Assembly: GCA_964549075.1 (NCBI GenBank)
Contig: CAZJUB010000006.1
Coordinates: forward strand, 8,311 to 72,310
Source: an uncultured archaeon
Lineage (GTDB): Archaea > Asgardarchaeota > Heimdallarchaeia > Heimdallarchaeales > Heimdallarchaeaceae
Direction of reading: 5' to 3'
Length of the DNA stretch: 64,000 bases
The translations under genes and the position numbers were made by a program. Below, piece by piece: positions 18,383 through 28,801 of the stretch; position 1 is the first letter of the stretch, and the number at the start of each line of letters is the position of its first letter. Under the pieces are notes generated by a model. The model saw only the letters and a list, made by a program, of their open reading frames with translations, did no database searches and was not told where the DNA came from.

Positions 18383-19773
18383 GATTCTTCCTCCTTCATA
18401 TGAACTAAATAATTTTTTATTAACTCTTCAGAGACTTTATTTAATTCAGACTCTGGTAATTGAGATAATAGAGACCATCCAATTTTAAGTGACTCCTCTA
18501 TAGTTCTGTGGCTGTCACCTTGGTTTACGAAGATTTCTTCAAATTTCTCTGAAAAACTAAGTAAAATTTGATCTATACGATTTAATTCTTTTTTTCCAAT
18601 AACTTCTGCTAGTTTTCTTTTATCTAAACCTTCAGCGTAGGATGCATAGAGCTGGTCACTAAGTGAAGGGTGATCTTCTCTTGTATAACCTTTGCCAATT
18701 CCATCTTTCATCAATCTTGATAAAGATCCTAAAACGTCAATGGGAGGATAGATTCCTCTATTATGCAAAGATCTATCCAATATGATTTGCCCCTCAGTTA
18801 TATAACCAGTTAGATCTGCAATTGGGTGTGTTATATCATCATTAGGCATAGTGAGATTTGCAAGTAAGGTGATACTGCCTTCTGCACCTTCAACAATACC
18901 TGCCCTTTCATATATAGAAGCAAGATCACTATACATATAGCCAGGAAAACCTTTTCTTGAGGGAACTGTTTCTAATGCTACTGATATTTCTCGTAAGGCT
19001 TGACAATAATTTGTTATATCTGAAAGAATTACTAGTACGTGATAATCTTTGTCAAAAGCAAGATATTCTGCAATAGTTAATGCGACTCTTGGTGTCAGTA
19101 GTCTTTCTGCAGCTGAATCACTAGCTAAATTTGTAAACATAATTACTTTGTTTAGGGTACCTGTTTCTTTGAACAATCTCTGGAAATAAATGTAATCATC
19201 CATAGTTAACCCCATAGCACCAAACACAATAACAAATTTCTCATTTTCTGTCTGTCTTGCTATTTGAGCTTGTTTAACAATTTGCCCTACAAATTGATTG
19301 TTTGGTAAACCCGCACCTGTAAAAATAGGTAATTTCTGACCTCTTACTAATGTATTCATTATATCAATACTGGAGATTCCTGTTTCGATATAATTTCGTG
19401 GATATATTCGAGAGGTTGGATTAATGGGCTCACCGTTGACATCTCTATAATCTTCAGAATAAATACTTGGTAATCCATCCAGCGGTTCTCCCAGAGAATT
19501 AAAAATTCTTCCAATCATATTTTCCGAGACAAATAATTGCATTGTTCGACCTGAGAACATAGTTTCAACTTTGTCTTTATCTATCTCATATGTTCCTTGA
19601 TAAAGTAATATGATAACTTTTCCTTCTTCAATTGCTAGAACTCTGCCTTTACGAACAGTTCCATTCTCTAAAATAACTTCAAGGTATTCTCCCATCTGTA
19701 TCCCCGAGACACCTTCAACTATTATAAGTGGCCCTCGAATTTCAGATACACCTTTAACCGTTATTCTAGCCAT
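18379..19773 (-). CDS. atpB: A-type ATP synthase subunit B
   Basis: Strong A/V-type B subunit pattern ([55 protein letters not shown]). I place the start at the ATG at 19773 (MARITVKG) because GAGGGTGAT sits 6 nt upstream. The track start at 19797 would overlap atpA. Confidence 0.95.
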   Translation of the reverse strand: MARITVKGVSEIRGPLIIVEGVSGIQMGEYLEVILENGTVRKGRVLAIEEGKVIILLYQGTYEIDKDKVETMFSGRTMQLFVSENMIGRIFNSLGEPLDGLPSIYSEDYRDVNGEPINPTSRIYPRNYIETGISSIDIMNTLVRGQKLPIFTGAGLPNNQFVGQIVKQAQIARQTENEKFVIVFGAMGLTMDDYIYFQRLFKETGTLNKVIMFTNLASDSAAERLLTPRVALTIAEYLAFDKDYHVLVILSDITNYCQALREISVALETVPSRKGFPGYMYSDLASIYERAGIVEGAEGSITLLANLTMPNDDITHPIADLTGYITEGQIILDRSLHNRGIYPPIDVLGSLSRLMKDGIGKGYTREDHPSLSDQLYASYAEGLDKRKLAEVIGKKELNRIDQILLSFSEKFEEIFVNQGDSHRTIEESLKIGWSLLSQLPESELNKVSEELIKNYLVHMKEEES

Positions 19774-19779
19774 ATTAAT

Positions 19780-19788
19780 ATCACCCTC
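19780..19788 (-). promoter_or_regulatory. Shine-Dalgarno GAGGGTGAT for atpB, overlapping the atpA stop codon
   Basis: The minus strand reads GAGGGTGATattaatATG. The TGA inside the motif is the atpA stop codon (19781..19783). Confidence 0.5.
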
Positions 19789-21583
19789 TATTTCCATATT
19801 TTGTTCCTAAATCTTCAATTTCGGAATGGATATAATCTTCTATTTTATTTAACTGCATCATGTTGTCGTTAGGAACATCTTCTTTCATTCTTTTAAGAAG
19901 CTTAACAGATTTTAATGAATTAATAAGTGAAATTGGGCAACCGTTCTTTATCAAGATTCTAGCTCGATTATAAAATAAAAGCATAAGATTCATCATTCTC
20001 ATCTGTTTATCAATTGGGCAAAAGGAATCTACTGGATGAAAAGCGCTTTGTTGGAGAAAACCTTCTTTGATTATCTCAGCAACTAGAATAATAAGTTGCT
20101 CATCAGCTGGTAAAGCTTTTGCTCCAATTAACTCAACTATTTGTTGAAGTTCATTATCTTGTTGTAAAATTGTAAACATTTCTTGTCTGTATCTTCCCCA
20201 ATCTTCTAAACCTGTTTCTAGAGCCCATTCCTCTATAGCATTAATATAACCAGAATAACTTGAAAACCAATTGATTGATGGAAAATGTTTCCTGTTTGCT
20301 AATGTTGGATCTAATCCCCAGAAGGTTTTTACAAATCTTTTAGTATTAGAAGTTACAGGCTCACTGAAATCTCCTCCAGGAGGTGATATAGCAGCTGTAA
20401 TGTTAATTGAGCCTTCTCTATAAGGAGAACCAATTGCAACAACGTGACCAGCTCTCTCGTAAAAGTTAGCTAATCTAGCACCTAAATATGCAGGATAACC
20501 TTCTTCCACAGGCATCTCTTCCAGTTGTCCAGAAATCTCACGAAGTGCTTCTGCCCATCTAGAGGTGGAATCAGCTGTAAGTAATACATTGAATCCTTGA
20601 TCTCGAAAATATTCTGCCATGGTTATTCCCATATAGATTGAAGCTTCTCTAGCTGCAACAGGCATATTCGATACATTAGCAATTAATAGAGTTCTATCCA
20701 TCAATGGATTTTTTGTATATGGATCTATTAATTTTGGAAATTCTCTCAAAACATCTGTCATTTCATTGCCTCGCTCTCCACATCCAATGTATATTACAAC
20801 ATCAGCGTTACTCCATTTAGATAATTGGTGTTGAATAACTGTCTTACCTGTTCCAAATCCTCCTGGAATTGCAGCTGTCCCTCCTTTAGTTATTGGAAAG
20901 AACATGTCGATAATTCTTTGACCTGTGATGAGCGGTTCATGAACTGGAATTTTTCTAAGAAAAGGTCTAGCAATTCTTACAGGCCATTCTTGCATCATTG
21001 TCAGCTGTCGTTTTATACCTTCTTTTGTCTTTAATGTTACAATAGGATCAATAACAGTATAATCACCTTTATCTTGAATTTCAACAAGTTCTCCCTGTAA
21101 ATTTGGTGGAACTAGAATGAGGCTTTCTATAGTCTTTGTTTCTTGTACAACTCCTAGTTTGTCCCCACTATGAATGTGTTCACCTTTCTTTAGGTCTCCA
21201 TTTGGGATGAATTCCCATTTTGTATTTCTGCTTAAAGCACTAGTTTGAATACCTCTTTTGATGAAAGCAGAATTTGTGATTTTCTTTATTGTCTCTAAAG
21301 GTCTTTGAATCCCATCAAAAATATTTGATAACAATCCCGGTCCTAACTCAGCAGAAAGAGAATGACCAGTAGGATATATAGGATCATTTATCCTAAGTCC
21401 TTCTAATGGTTCATAAACTTGGATTGTAGCAATTTCATGTTCAATAGCAATGATTTCTCCAATTAATCTCTCTTCCCCTACATATGTGATCTCTCCCATT
21501 TTAAATGTGGAAAGACCTTTGACTTGAACAGTAGAACCTTTTATAGAACTTATTCTCGCATTTTCTACTGTTGTTTTACTCAT
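19781..21583 (-). CDS. atpA: A-type ATP synthase catalytic subunit A
   Basis: It has the Walker A motif [10 protein letters not shown], the A/V-specific non-homologous insert, and [18 protein letters not shown]. The start is placed at M18 ([11 protein letters not shown]); the track start at 21634 adds a non-conserved 17 aa and would leave only 39 nt for two divergent promoters. Confidence 0.95.
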   Translation of the reverse strand: MSKTTVENARISSIKGSTVQVKGLSTFKMGEITYVGEERLIGEIIAIEHEIATIQVYEPLEGLRINDPIYPTGHSLSAELGPGLLSNIFDGIQRPLETIKKITNSAFIKRGIQTSALSRNTKWEFIPNGDLKKGEHIHSGDKLGVVQETKTIESLILVPPNLQGELVEIQDKGDYTVIDPIVTLKTKEGIKRQLTMMQEWPVRIARPFLRKIPVHEPLITGQRIIDMFFPITKGGTAAIPGGFGTGKTVIQHQLSKWSNADVVIYIGCGERGNEMTDVLREFPKLIDPYTKNPLMDRTLLIANVSNMPVAAREASIYMGITMAEYFRDQGFNVLLTADSTSRWAEALREISGQLEEMPVEEGYPAYLGARLANFYERAGHVVAIGSPYREGSINITAAISPPGGDFSEPVTSNTKRFVKTFWGLDPTLANRKHFPSINWFSSYSGYINAIEEWALETGLEDWGRYRQEMFTILQQDNELQQIVELIGAKALPADEQLIILVAEIIKEGFLQQSAFHPVDSFCPIDKQMRMMNLMLLFYNRARILIKNGCPISLINSLKSVKLLKRMKEDVPNDNMMQLNKIEDYIHSEIEDLGTKYGNRG

Positions 21584-21673
21584 TACAAGAATATTTAGTT
21601 TGTTAAATAAGTATTTTACTGTACAACTATCCATATCATAAAGCTTTAATTTTATTTAACCAAGTATCACTTA

Positions 21674-21988
21674 ATGCAAGAATCTGACTTAATCAGTAAA
21701 GCTTTCGTTATAGGAGCAAGAGAAACTGTAAGAGGCTTTCATCTGATTGGCGTAGCAGGACAAGAAGCTTTTGAAAAATCAGCGATTCTGGGAGCTTTAG
21801 ATTATGCACTTGAACATGACTATGCGTTAATAATTCTTTCTGCTTCTGCAGCATATAAAATAGAGGATACTTTAGAATCAATTAGATTAGAAACGACTAC
21901 CCCGATTATTGTAATATCTGATGTCAATCTTAAAGTAGATATAAAGGATTTAGAAAAGAAATTTAGGAAATTTATTGGTATTCATTAA
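21674..21988 (+). CDS. atpF: A-type ATP synthase subunit F
   Basis: 104 aa. AFVIGARETVRGFHLIGV.....ALIILSASAAYKIEDTLESIR....PIIVISDV matches the subunit F pattern (iavIGd.d.v.GF.LaGv...giili.e..a..i.....P.i..iP). It is divergent from atpA. Confidence 0.8.
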   Translation: MQESDLISKAFVIGARETVRGFHLIGVAGQEAFEKSAILGALDYALEHDYALIILSASAAYKIEDTLESIRLETTTPIIVISDVNLKVDIKDLEKKFRKFIGIH

Positions 21989-22520
21989 GAAGCTTTTCAA
22001 AGATTCTGTTGAAGATATTATAATCATTTTCTGTAAAAAGCACTACTTGTATAATCTTGAATTTATTATTTTCTTCCTCAAGAAAATGCATAAAGCATTC
22101 TATCATTATCTCCGCACAACTATCTATCGGAAATCCAGCTATTCCAGTTCCAATGGCTGGAAATGCTATTGTTTCAATTCCAAACTCTGATCCTATTCGT
22201 AATGAATTCAAAATAGATTTTCTGAGTGATTCTTTAGTAGTTCTACCCCCTAAATTCATAGAAGCAGCATGTATGACCTTTTTTGCTTTAAGATTTCCTC
22301 CTGTTGTTATTGCAGCTTTTCCTAACTCTACTGGTCCAATATCTGAACATTCTTTTTGAATTGATGGACCTCCTCTTTTTCTAATCGCTCCAGCTACTCC
22401 TGCTCCTAAAATTAGTTGCGTGTTTGCTGCATTGACAATTGCATCAACATCACATTCTGTTATATCGCCTTGAACTAAATTTATTGATGTACTTCTAATA
22501 TTCCACATTACTAATCTCAC
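21972..22520 (-). CDS. Macro-domain protein (ADP-ribose / O-acetyl-ADP-ribose binding or hydrolysing)
   Basis: 182 aa with LVQGDITECDVDAIVNAANTQLILGAGVAGAIRKRGG, VIHAASM and FPAIGTGIAGFP, the canonical macrodomain motifs. Confidence 0.9.
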   Translation of the reverse strand: MRLVMWNIRSTSINLVQGDITECDVDAIVNAANTQLILGAGVAGAIRKRGGPSIQKECSDIGPVELGKAAITTGGNLKAKKVIHAASMNLGGRTTKESLRKSILNSLRIGSEFGIETIAFPAIGTGIAGFPIDSCAEIMIECFMHFLEEENNKFKIIQVVLFTENDYNIFNRIFEKLLNEYQ

Positions 22521-23314
22521 TTTATGTTTTGTTTAATACAATCAGTTCCTATTACTTTATCTGTTGTTCGAAAACCCATTTTTTTATATATTTTTACTGC
22601 TGGAATATTAGATTCTTCTACCCACAATGATATTGTTTCTATACCTTTAGAAAATAATATTTCACACATTTTTGCACTAATATCGAAACCAAATCCTCTG
22701 TTTCTGTATTCTTGAGAAACCCAAACTCCTCTGATAATAGCAAAGGAAAAATTCTCATTTACTATAATGTGAGGTGCAAAGGCAACGCCTATGATTTTAT
22801 CATCTTTAATAATTCCAACCCCACCACCTTCCGAATTTGAAAAAAGAAGTCTCTGTTTGAAACTTAATTCTTTTATTACCGTTTCATCCAGATTCTGTGC
22901 TTCATAAGTGTCTTTTGTTATGAAATTTTCCTGATTTAATTCCATACTCAAAAAAGTATTCATTTCTTTGCCTTTTGCAGATTTATCCATTACTTCAAAG
23001 CTAGTAAAATTATCCATGACAACTTCCATCCATTCAGGATCAAATGACAAACTTATCTTTCCTACTGGTTCATACATATCCAGAAGTTCTCTATTTGATG
23101 GTCCAAAAAGAGTAGTGTGCAAATCATATGAAAATCTAAAAGAGGAATCCTTTCTTTGAAAGTGACAACTCTCTGGAAATGTGAGAATGTCCCAAACAGT
23201 GTAAGCAAGCCTCGATATTCTATTTTTTCCAACCTCTAGAATAGAATCAAATTGAAGTGGCATTGATATAAAAGTAAAAAACTTCCTTATATCTTCTTCT
23301 CTTTTTAAAATCAC
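22517..23314 (-). CDS. GNAT-family acetyltransferase with an unknown N-terminal domain
   Basis: The C-terminal ~110 aa (IRGVWVSQEYRNRGFGFDISAKMCEILFSKGIETISLWVEESNIPAVKIYKKMGFR) contain the acetyl-CoA-binding R-x-x-G-x-G motif. There are 4-nt overlaps with both neighbouring genes. Confidence 0.75.
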   Translation of the reverse strand: MILKREEDIRKFFTFISMPLQFDSILEVGKNRISRLAYTVWDILTFPESCHFQRKDSSFRFSYDLHTTLFGPSNRELLDMYEPVGKISLSFDPEWMEVVMDNFTSFEVMDKSAKGKEMNTFLSMELNQENFITKDTYEAQNLDETVIKELSFKQRLLFSNSEGGGVGIIKDDKIIGVAFAPHIIVNENFSFAIIRGVWVSQEYRNRGFGFDISAKMCEILFSKGIETISLWVEESNIPAVKIYKKMGFRTTDKVIGTDCIKQNIK

Positions 23315-24273
23315 ATGTATTTCTGACCATAAAGCTCATTATCAAGCTTGTTAAGGTACTCGCTATATTCACTTTTATTGGATATTTCAAAAGCTTTCTT
23401 AATTCTCTGCGTTCCTTCATATCTTTGTCCCATTCTAATAAGAGCTTGTCCAGACAGAAAAAGTGCTTCATCATCATCTTTGATAAGTGTCAGTAGTTCG
23501 TTGCATAAATTAAATGTCTTTTGTATGTCCCCCTCTGCAAGATAAAGTCTTGCTAATTTATTATATATGCTTCGGTTATCTTTTCTTGTTCTTTCTTCTA
23601 CTTGAAGAGCTTGTAGATATTTCTCTTTTGCGATATCTAGATGCCCCATAAAATCATAGAGATCTCCTAATTCTTCATATAATTCTTGGTTTACTGGATC
23701 AATTTCAATAGCAGAATTATATGCATCAATTGCTGATAGGAAATTCTCCATCTCTTTATAACTCTGAGCTAACAATCGCCAAACCTCTATGTCCTCTCTA
23801 TTAATTCTTAGATAGGTTTCAAAACTTAATACTGCTACTTGGTATTCTCCTCTTTGTAAAGCTAGTTTACCTCGTCCTAACCAAGATTGTATCGCTCTGG
23901 GATTGAGAGAAGTTGCTTTAAAATAGTAATTTTCTGATACGTCTGGTTGATTCCAGATTCTATAAATCTCACCTAAAAGTTCATATGATTCCCAATGATC
24001 AGTATCTTCTGCTATAACTGAGGTTAATGCTTCAACAGCATCTTTAAAGTGCCCCTGTAGATAAAGCACTTTACCTTTTTTAAACAATAAAGATTTATCG
24101 TGGTATTTTTCTGTCATTCTGTCAAGAAATGAAAGAGCTTCATCAAACAAACTATTTTCAATTAGACTATCTATTAATTCTATCTCAAAAGGCTTCATAT
24201 CTTGATTAGAATCCAAATTCATGAACCCACCAATATTACTTGTTTCTTCTGTCATTAAAAACTTTTCAGTCAA
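23311..24273 (-). CDS. TPR-repeat protein
   Basis: 320 aa with repeated 34-aa A..Y..A...P units (for example AIDAYNSAIEIDPVNQELYEELGDLY). Confidence 0.8.
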   Translation of the reverse strand: MTEKFLMTEETSNIGGFMNLDSNQDMKPFEIELIDSLIENSLFDEALSFLDRMTEKYHDKSLLFKKGKVLYLQGHFKDAVEALTSVIAEDTDHWESYELLGEIYRIWNQPDVSENYYFKATSLNPRAIQSWLGRGKLALQRGEYQVAVLSFETYLRINREDIEVWRLLAQSYKEMENFLSAIDAYNSAIEIDPVNQELYEELGDLYDFMGHLDIAKEKYLQALQVEERTRKDNRSIYNKLARLYLAEGDIQKTFNLCNELLTLIKDDDEALFLSGQALIRMGQRYEGTQRIKKAFEISNKSEYSEYLNKLDNELYGQKYM

Positions 24274-24290
24274 AAGTTTAAGGAGAAAGA

Positions 24291-25907
24291 TTATCTTTTC
24301 TCTATTTCTCTTTGAACTAATTCACGTTTTAATACTTTTCCAGCTGCACTTAAAGGTAATTTATCAATAATTTTGAAACTCTTAGGTATTTTGTATCTAG
24401 TTAAAGATTCCTTTAAACAGAATTCCTTAAATTCTTCAGGAGTAGCAGTTTCTCCTTCTTTTAATACAATGAAAGCTTTCCCTACTTCTCCAAAATAATC
24501 ATCAGGAACTGGAACAACTGCAACTAGAGAAACCTTCGGATGATTGTAGATTATTTCTTCAACTTCTCTAGGATATACTTTCAATCCCCCAGAATTGATG
24601 ATGTCCTTTGATCTATCAACTATAAAGAAATAATTTTCAGCGTCTACATAAGCAAGATCACCTGTTCTTAACCACTTTTCTGGTGTAAAAACATTAATAG
24701 ATTCCATCCCTTTTCCCCAGTACCCTCTCATAACTTGAGGACCATTAATAATTATCTCACCAATTTCTCCAAAATCAACTTCTTCTAATGTATCAGTGTT
24801 AACAACTTTAGCTTGGGTATCAGTCAGAGGTTTTCCTATCGAGTTAAGTTTAGATGCTCCATATGGATTGATATGAGTTACAGGGCTACATTCTGTCAAA
24901 CCATATCCTTCAGTAATACTTACACCAGTAATTTTCTTGAATTCTGAATAGATTTCTTTTGGTAAAGCAGCACCACCAGAAACACAAACTTTGAGAGATG
25001 TTGTATCATATTTGTCTATATTTTGTCTAAGAAGAGCAACGTACATAGTTGGAACACCATAAAATGAAGTAGCTTTCTTTTCTTGGATTATGTTTAAAAT
25101 CTCTTTAGGATCAAATTTTGGTATAATAGCTATTTTTTCACCTCTAAATAATGGCGCAAAGAAACTACATTGTAATCCAAAACTGTGACATATAGGTAAA
25201 GCTGAAACTACTAATCCAGTATCTTCCTTTGGGATGTTTTTAGCCCATTCATTGAATTGAAGGGCATTAGCTAAAATATTCGCATGAGAGAGTATTACCC
25301 CCTTAGCTAATCCTGTAGTACCTCCACTGTAGAGTAGAAAAGCAATATCATCAGATTTACTCCTATTTTCTGTAAATCTTTCTTCTGATTCCATTATACT
25401 ATCCATTACTACAAAATCGCATCTTGATATAAGATCTCTATTTTTCTCTTCATCAAAATCTTCATTTGTTACAATGATTTTTGCTTTAAATTGAAATTGC
25501 TTAACTACTTCAATAATTGCTTCACATATATTAGTGCTTGTAATTAGAACTTTTGTTTCTGAATCTGTAAGTTGAAATGCTATTTCTTTTTGTGACAATC
25601 TTGGATTAATCAAAGTCACTTTTGCACCAACTTGAAATGATGCAAAAATAGCTACTACAAACCATATCGAATTAGATAAAATTATTGAAATTGTATCGTT
25701 AGTTTCAACTAAATTTTCTTCAAAGAATTTTGCTAATTTGTTGGACATCTCAGTTATATTTTGTGACGTATAAGATTGGTTATTTTCTTCAAATAGAATC
25801 TTATTTTTTTCAAATTTTTCAGTTATTTCAAGAAAATATCCATAAACTGATTGGTCTGGATATATTATTTTCCATTTATCTGCTTCTGTTGGGTGTGATG
25901 TTTTCAA
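24291..25907 (-). CDS. AMP-forming acyl-CoA synthetase (fatty-acid-CoA ligase-like)
   Basis: 538 aa with the AMP-binding motif LLYSGGTTGLAKGV, then EGYGLTE and TGDLAYVDAENYFFIVDRSKD, and a C-terminal A10 motif LPLSAAGKVLKREL. Confidence 0.9.
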   Translation of the reverse strand: MKTSHPTEADKWKIIYPDQSVYGYFLEITEKFEKNKILFEENNQSYTSQNITEMSNKLAKFFEENLVETNDTISIILSNSIWFVVAIFASFQVGAKVTLINPRLSQKEIAFQLTDSETKVLITSTNICEAIIEVVKQFQFKAKIIVTNEDFDEEKNRDLISRCDFVVMDSIMESEERFTENRSKSDDIAFLLYSGGTTGLAKGVILSHANILANALQFNEWAKNIPKEDTGLVVSALPICHSFGLQCSFFAPLFRGEKIAIIPKFDPKEILNIIQEKKATSFYGVPTMYVALLRQNIDKYDTTSLKVCVSGGAALPKEIYSEFKKITGVSITEGYGLTECSPVTHINPYGASKLNSIGKPLTDTQAKVVNTDTLEEVDFGEIGEIIINGPQVMRGYWGKGMESINVFTPEKWLRTGDLAYVDAENYFFIVDRSKDIINSGGLKVYPREVEEIIYNHPKVSLVAVVPVPDDYFGEVGKAFIVLKEGETATPEEFKEFCLKESLTRYKIPKSFKIIDKLPLSAAGKVLKRELVQREIEKR

Positions 25908-26011
25908 ATTCAGACACTAAGCCATATTTTAATAATGCATTAATGAATTTTATTACCTTTACTAGAATGTGTTTTTGTTAAAGCACAAGGTTGATAAATT
26001 AACAACACTCT

Positions 26012-28801
26012 GTGAGAAAGCAAAGGAAGCAGATGTTAATGTCTTCAGAGAACAATCCAGAAAATGAGTTGTTACAAAGAAAAAACAAAACCTCTATCTC
26101 TGAAGAAAATTTAATTGATTTTTTCAAAAAATATGGTGTTACATATACTGCAGATTCCGAAGAATTAGCAATTAATCTTGCTTTAAGAGGGCAACAAGCT
26201 TTAAACGACAATGAAATCGACTTAGCTGAAGAAATAAGTAATCTTCTATCAGAGCTCTCTAAGCAATGGAAAGATGGTTTCATAAAAATGAAATCCCACC
26301 TCCTGCAAGCAGAGATTGCTGGTTTTAAAAACGAGGATAAAATTCAGCATTTGAAAAGAGCTCTAAGTTATGCTAAGAAAAATAATGTCCAAGATGTTGA
26401 AATTGGTGTAAGAATCCAACTCGCTTTTGAACAGTTTAAAGAAAGAAGATACAAACAAGTATTGAAAGAACTAAAGATTATTGAAAAACATCCTGACTTG
26501 TTTGAAGAAAATAAACGAATTATTAAAGAGCTTCGCGCAAGAGTGTTTTGGGATATTGACGATTTTGCTAAAGGATTTGATGCTACCTATGCTTGGTATA
26601 GCATTTTAAAAAACTCTACAGATGACTTGCATTCACTTTTTATGACTATAGTATATCTCCTTACAGTAATGAATTCAACTCCTTTACCTCATTCTCAAAA
26701 TGAAATAGAAGCTATTAAAACCGATATTACATCTCTACTTACAGAATTAGCTACTTCTGTTCATCTTTTTCCACGAATTCTTCCATTTATCGATATATTG
26801 TTTGCTAAGTCATTAAAAATGGTTCAACCTGAAATACTATATAATTTTACAGACCTTATTCTTCAAACAGCAAGATGGAATGATGAAGAAAAGTTTCTAT
26901 ATTTTTGTCAAAAAATTGCAGATGCGTATTATAACATAGATGATTATGATAAAGCAGTTGAATTAGTAGAAAAAGCTATAAAATACACCGAAGAGAAAAA
27001 ATACTACAAAGTTAAACAAATTCTGCAGTATAAAAAGACAGAGTTTTCAAGTCTTATCTTTTATTTTATGAATTTTGACTCAATTTTTGATCCTTGGATG
27101 ATTCAAAAAATAAAAATTAACTCAAAAAACACTCCGGAAGAACTCTATTTAGAACCACTTTCTTCAGGTGTAAATACTTTCCCTGCTACTTCGTATTCAC
27201 ATCTACTTAGAATTTTAGAGAAAGCAAGTGAAAAGTCTGTTGTTGAGAACTCCCTTGAATTAGTTGGTTTAAATGAGGAGGAAGAAAGAGGTTTTTTTGT
27301 TCTTGATATGCAAATAGCTGAGGATAGAATCCGCGTTTTAATGAGAGAGGATTTCAGTGTGGAAACTAAGAAGTTCAAAACACTCCACTCAACAGTTACT
27401 CCTTATTATTCTGTTATAGGTCTAATCTCAAACAAAAGGAAAGATGAAATTGAAGATGTTGAGGAAATAGAAGCAACTTTGTTAAGATTACAAAGAGCAA
27501 TAAATTGTCCTGCTTCAAAGGCAACGATATATCTTACAAAAAAGAAACCATACTTAAACTTGTTTAAATTCTACCTTCAACAAGGCGGTTTTCGTGATCT
27601 TAAAATAAAACTGATTGAATCAGCAAAATCTCTAGGAAGGTACTATGATTTCTCAAAAAGTGATGATTTTCTCCAGATTTTCCAAGCTGACCCTATCACA
27701 ATTTTTGATCTAACTCTAAGAAAATCTCACGAATTACAGCCGCTAACTACTCTAATCAATCAGGCATATAAGCTGAAACTTACCAATAGCGTTCTTTCAA
27801 AATTTCTGGAAGATCTAATGGATCATTTTCTAAAAAGGAGTGATACTAGATTCTGGAGAGAATTTTATTATGAATATGCTTGGTTACAAACTCAAGGAGT
27901 ATTTCTCTCTCTTTCAAATGATGAAAAAGAAGAAAAAAAGCAGACAATTGATGAAGTTTTGTTTTTTGCAGAACATCTCAATAATCCGAACAAGATTCTA
28001 GAAGGTATTTATTTCCAGACTTATGTGAGCCTTGTAGAAGAGACTGAAGATTTAAAAGATAAAATAGTTCAATTGAAAAAAAAAGCAATTTCATATGGAA
28101 ACAAGAAATATGAACTCATCTCAGATATTTTAATGCAGTTACAAGAAACTACTGATTTTTCAACAAGTAACAAAATTGCAGTAATATTGGCTGATTTCTG
28201 CGAATTATGTTCTTTTAGAGATTGGCCTGTAAGTCTAGAACTCTTTATTTATCTACTTAACCAATTACCTCAGTTAACAATTCTATTCGAAGCTTGTAAA
28301 AAACGAGAAGTAAAAGATTCTGGGATTTACTTATATCTACACCTATCGAAATATTTGATTGATATCAAACGTTACGATGAAGCTTTACAATTACTACTCT
28401 TCATAAAAGAATTATTATCAGAAAGAGAGGATAAATTTACTTTTTCAGAACATACTTGGGTATATCTCAATTTTCTAGCTGAACAATACCTATATGAAAT
28501 ATATCCACATTTGTCAAAAAAAGAAATCAAAGAGTTTAAGTTAAATAAAGAAAAAATTTTGAAAAATATCCTAATAAAAGATAAATGGATTTCTGATCCG
28601 ATTTATCTGGTACAGATTATAAAAGATTATACTATTTTACTTTTAGATAAATCAGAGTTTTCTATGGGTGAAAAATATTATCATTGGATCGAACAGCTTA
28701 TGTTTTATGCATGGGATTTGTTTACTGATGAATCTAATTCTGTTTTACTAAAAGAGATTCAAAATTTGAAAAAACATATTGAAAGTCAACATTTTATTTA
28801 A
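26012..28801 (+). CDS. Giant uncharacterised, mostly helical (TPR-like solenoid) protein, 929 aa
   Basis: A 2.8-kb open frame. TPR-like units are present (FLYFCQKIADAYYNIDDYDKAVELVEKAIKY; YLIDIKRYDEALQLLLFIKE). The start is ambiguous (M1, M8 or M10). Confidence 0.6.
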   Translation: MRKQRKQMLMSSENNPENELLQRKNKTSISEENLIDFFKKYGVTYTADSEELAINLALRGQQALNDNEIDLAEEISNLLSELSKQWKDGFIKMKSHLLQAEIAGFKNEDKIQHLKRALSYAKKNNVQDVEIGVRIQLAFEQFKERRYKQVLKELKIIEKHPDLFEENKRIIKELRARVFWDIDDFAKGFDATYAWYSILKNSTDDLHSLFMTIVYLLTVMNSTPLPHSQNEIEAIKTDITSLLTELATSVHLFPRILPFIDILFAKSLKMVQPEILYNFTDLILQTARWNDEEKFLYFCQKIADAYYNIDDYDKAVELVEKAIKYTEEKKYYKVKQILQYKKTEFSSLIFYFMNFDSIFDPWMIQKIKINSKNTPEELYLEPLSSGVNTFPATSYSHLLRILEKASEKSVVENSLELVGLNEEEERGFFVLDMQIAEDRIRVLMREDFSVETKKFKTLHSTVTPYYSVIGLISNKRKDEIEDVEEIEATLLRLQRAINCPASKATIYLTKKKPYLNLFKFYLQQGGFRDLKIKLIESAKSLGRYYDFSKSDDFLQIFQADPITIFDLTLRKSHELQPLTTLINQAYKLKLTNSVLSKFLEDLMDHFLKRSDTRFWREFYYEYAWLQTQGVFLSLSNDEKEEKKQTIDEVLFFAEHLNNPNKILEGIYFQTYVSLVEETEDLKDKIVQLKKKAISYGNKKYELISDILMQLQETTDFSTSNKIAVILADFCELCSFRDWPVSLELFIYLLNQLPQLTILFEACKKREVKDSGIYLYLHLSKYLIDIKRYDEALQLLLFIKELLSEREDKFTFSEHTWVYLNFLAEQYLYEIYPHLSKKEIKEFKLNKEKILKNILIKDKWISDPIYLVQIIKDYTILLLDKSEFSMGEKYYHWIEQLMFYAWDLFTDESNSVLLKEIQNLKKHIESQHFI

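Noticed and set aside
21584-21634. The 17-codon N-terminal extension of atpA (MDSCTVKYLFNKLNILV) and the 8-codon extension of atpB (MEIEGDIN, 19774..19797) in the ORF track
   Set aside because: Neither extension is conserved-looking. The internal ATGs have better signals: GAGGGTGAT before atpB M9, and TATA-like elements ~25 nt before atpA M18. These starts also remove the A/B overlap and leave room for the atpA/atpF divergent promoters.
22057-22359. 100-aa plus-strand ORF, and similar ORFs at 21975..22190, 5104..5379, 16775..17065, 14231..14449, 15393..15629, 33560..33838, 29514..29813 and elsewhere
   Set aside because: All are antisense shadows nested inside longer ORFs that carry clear family motifs (macrodomain, atpE, atpK, atpI, the enolase-superfamily enzyme). 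Their translations are low-complexity with no recognisable motifs.
25999-26283. 94-aa minus-strand ORF overlapping the 5' end of the 929-aa gene
   Set aside because: The Ser/Cys/Phe-rich translation is typical of antisense reading of A-rich coding sequence, and the plus-strand frame continues for 2.8 kb.
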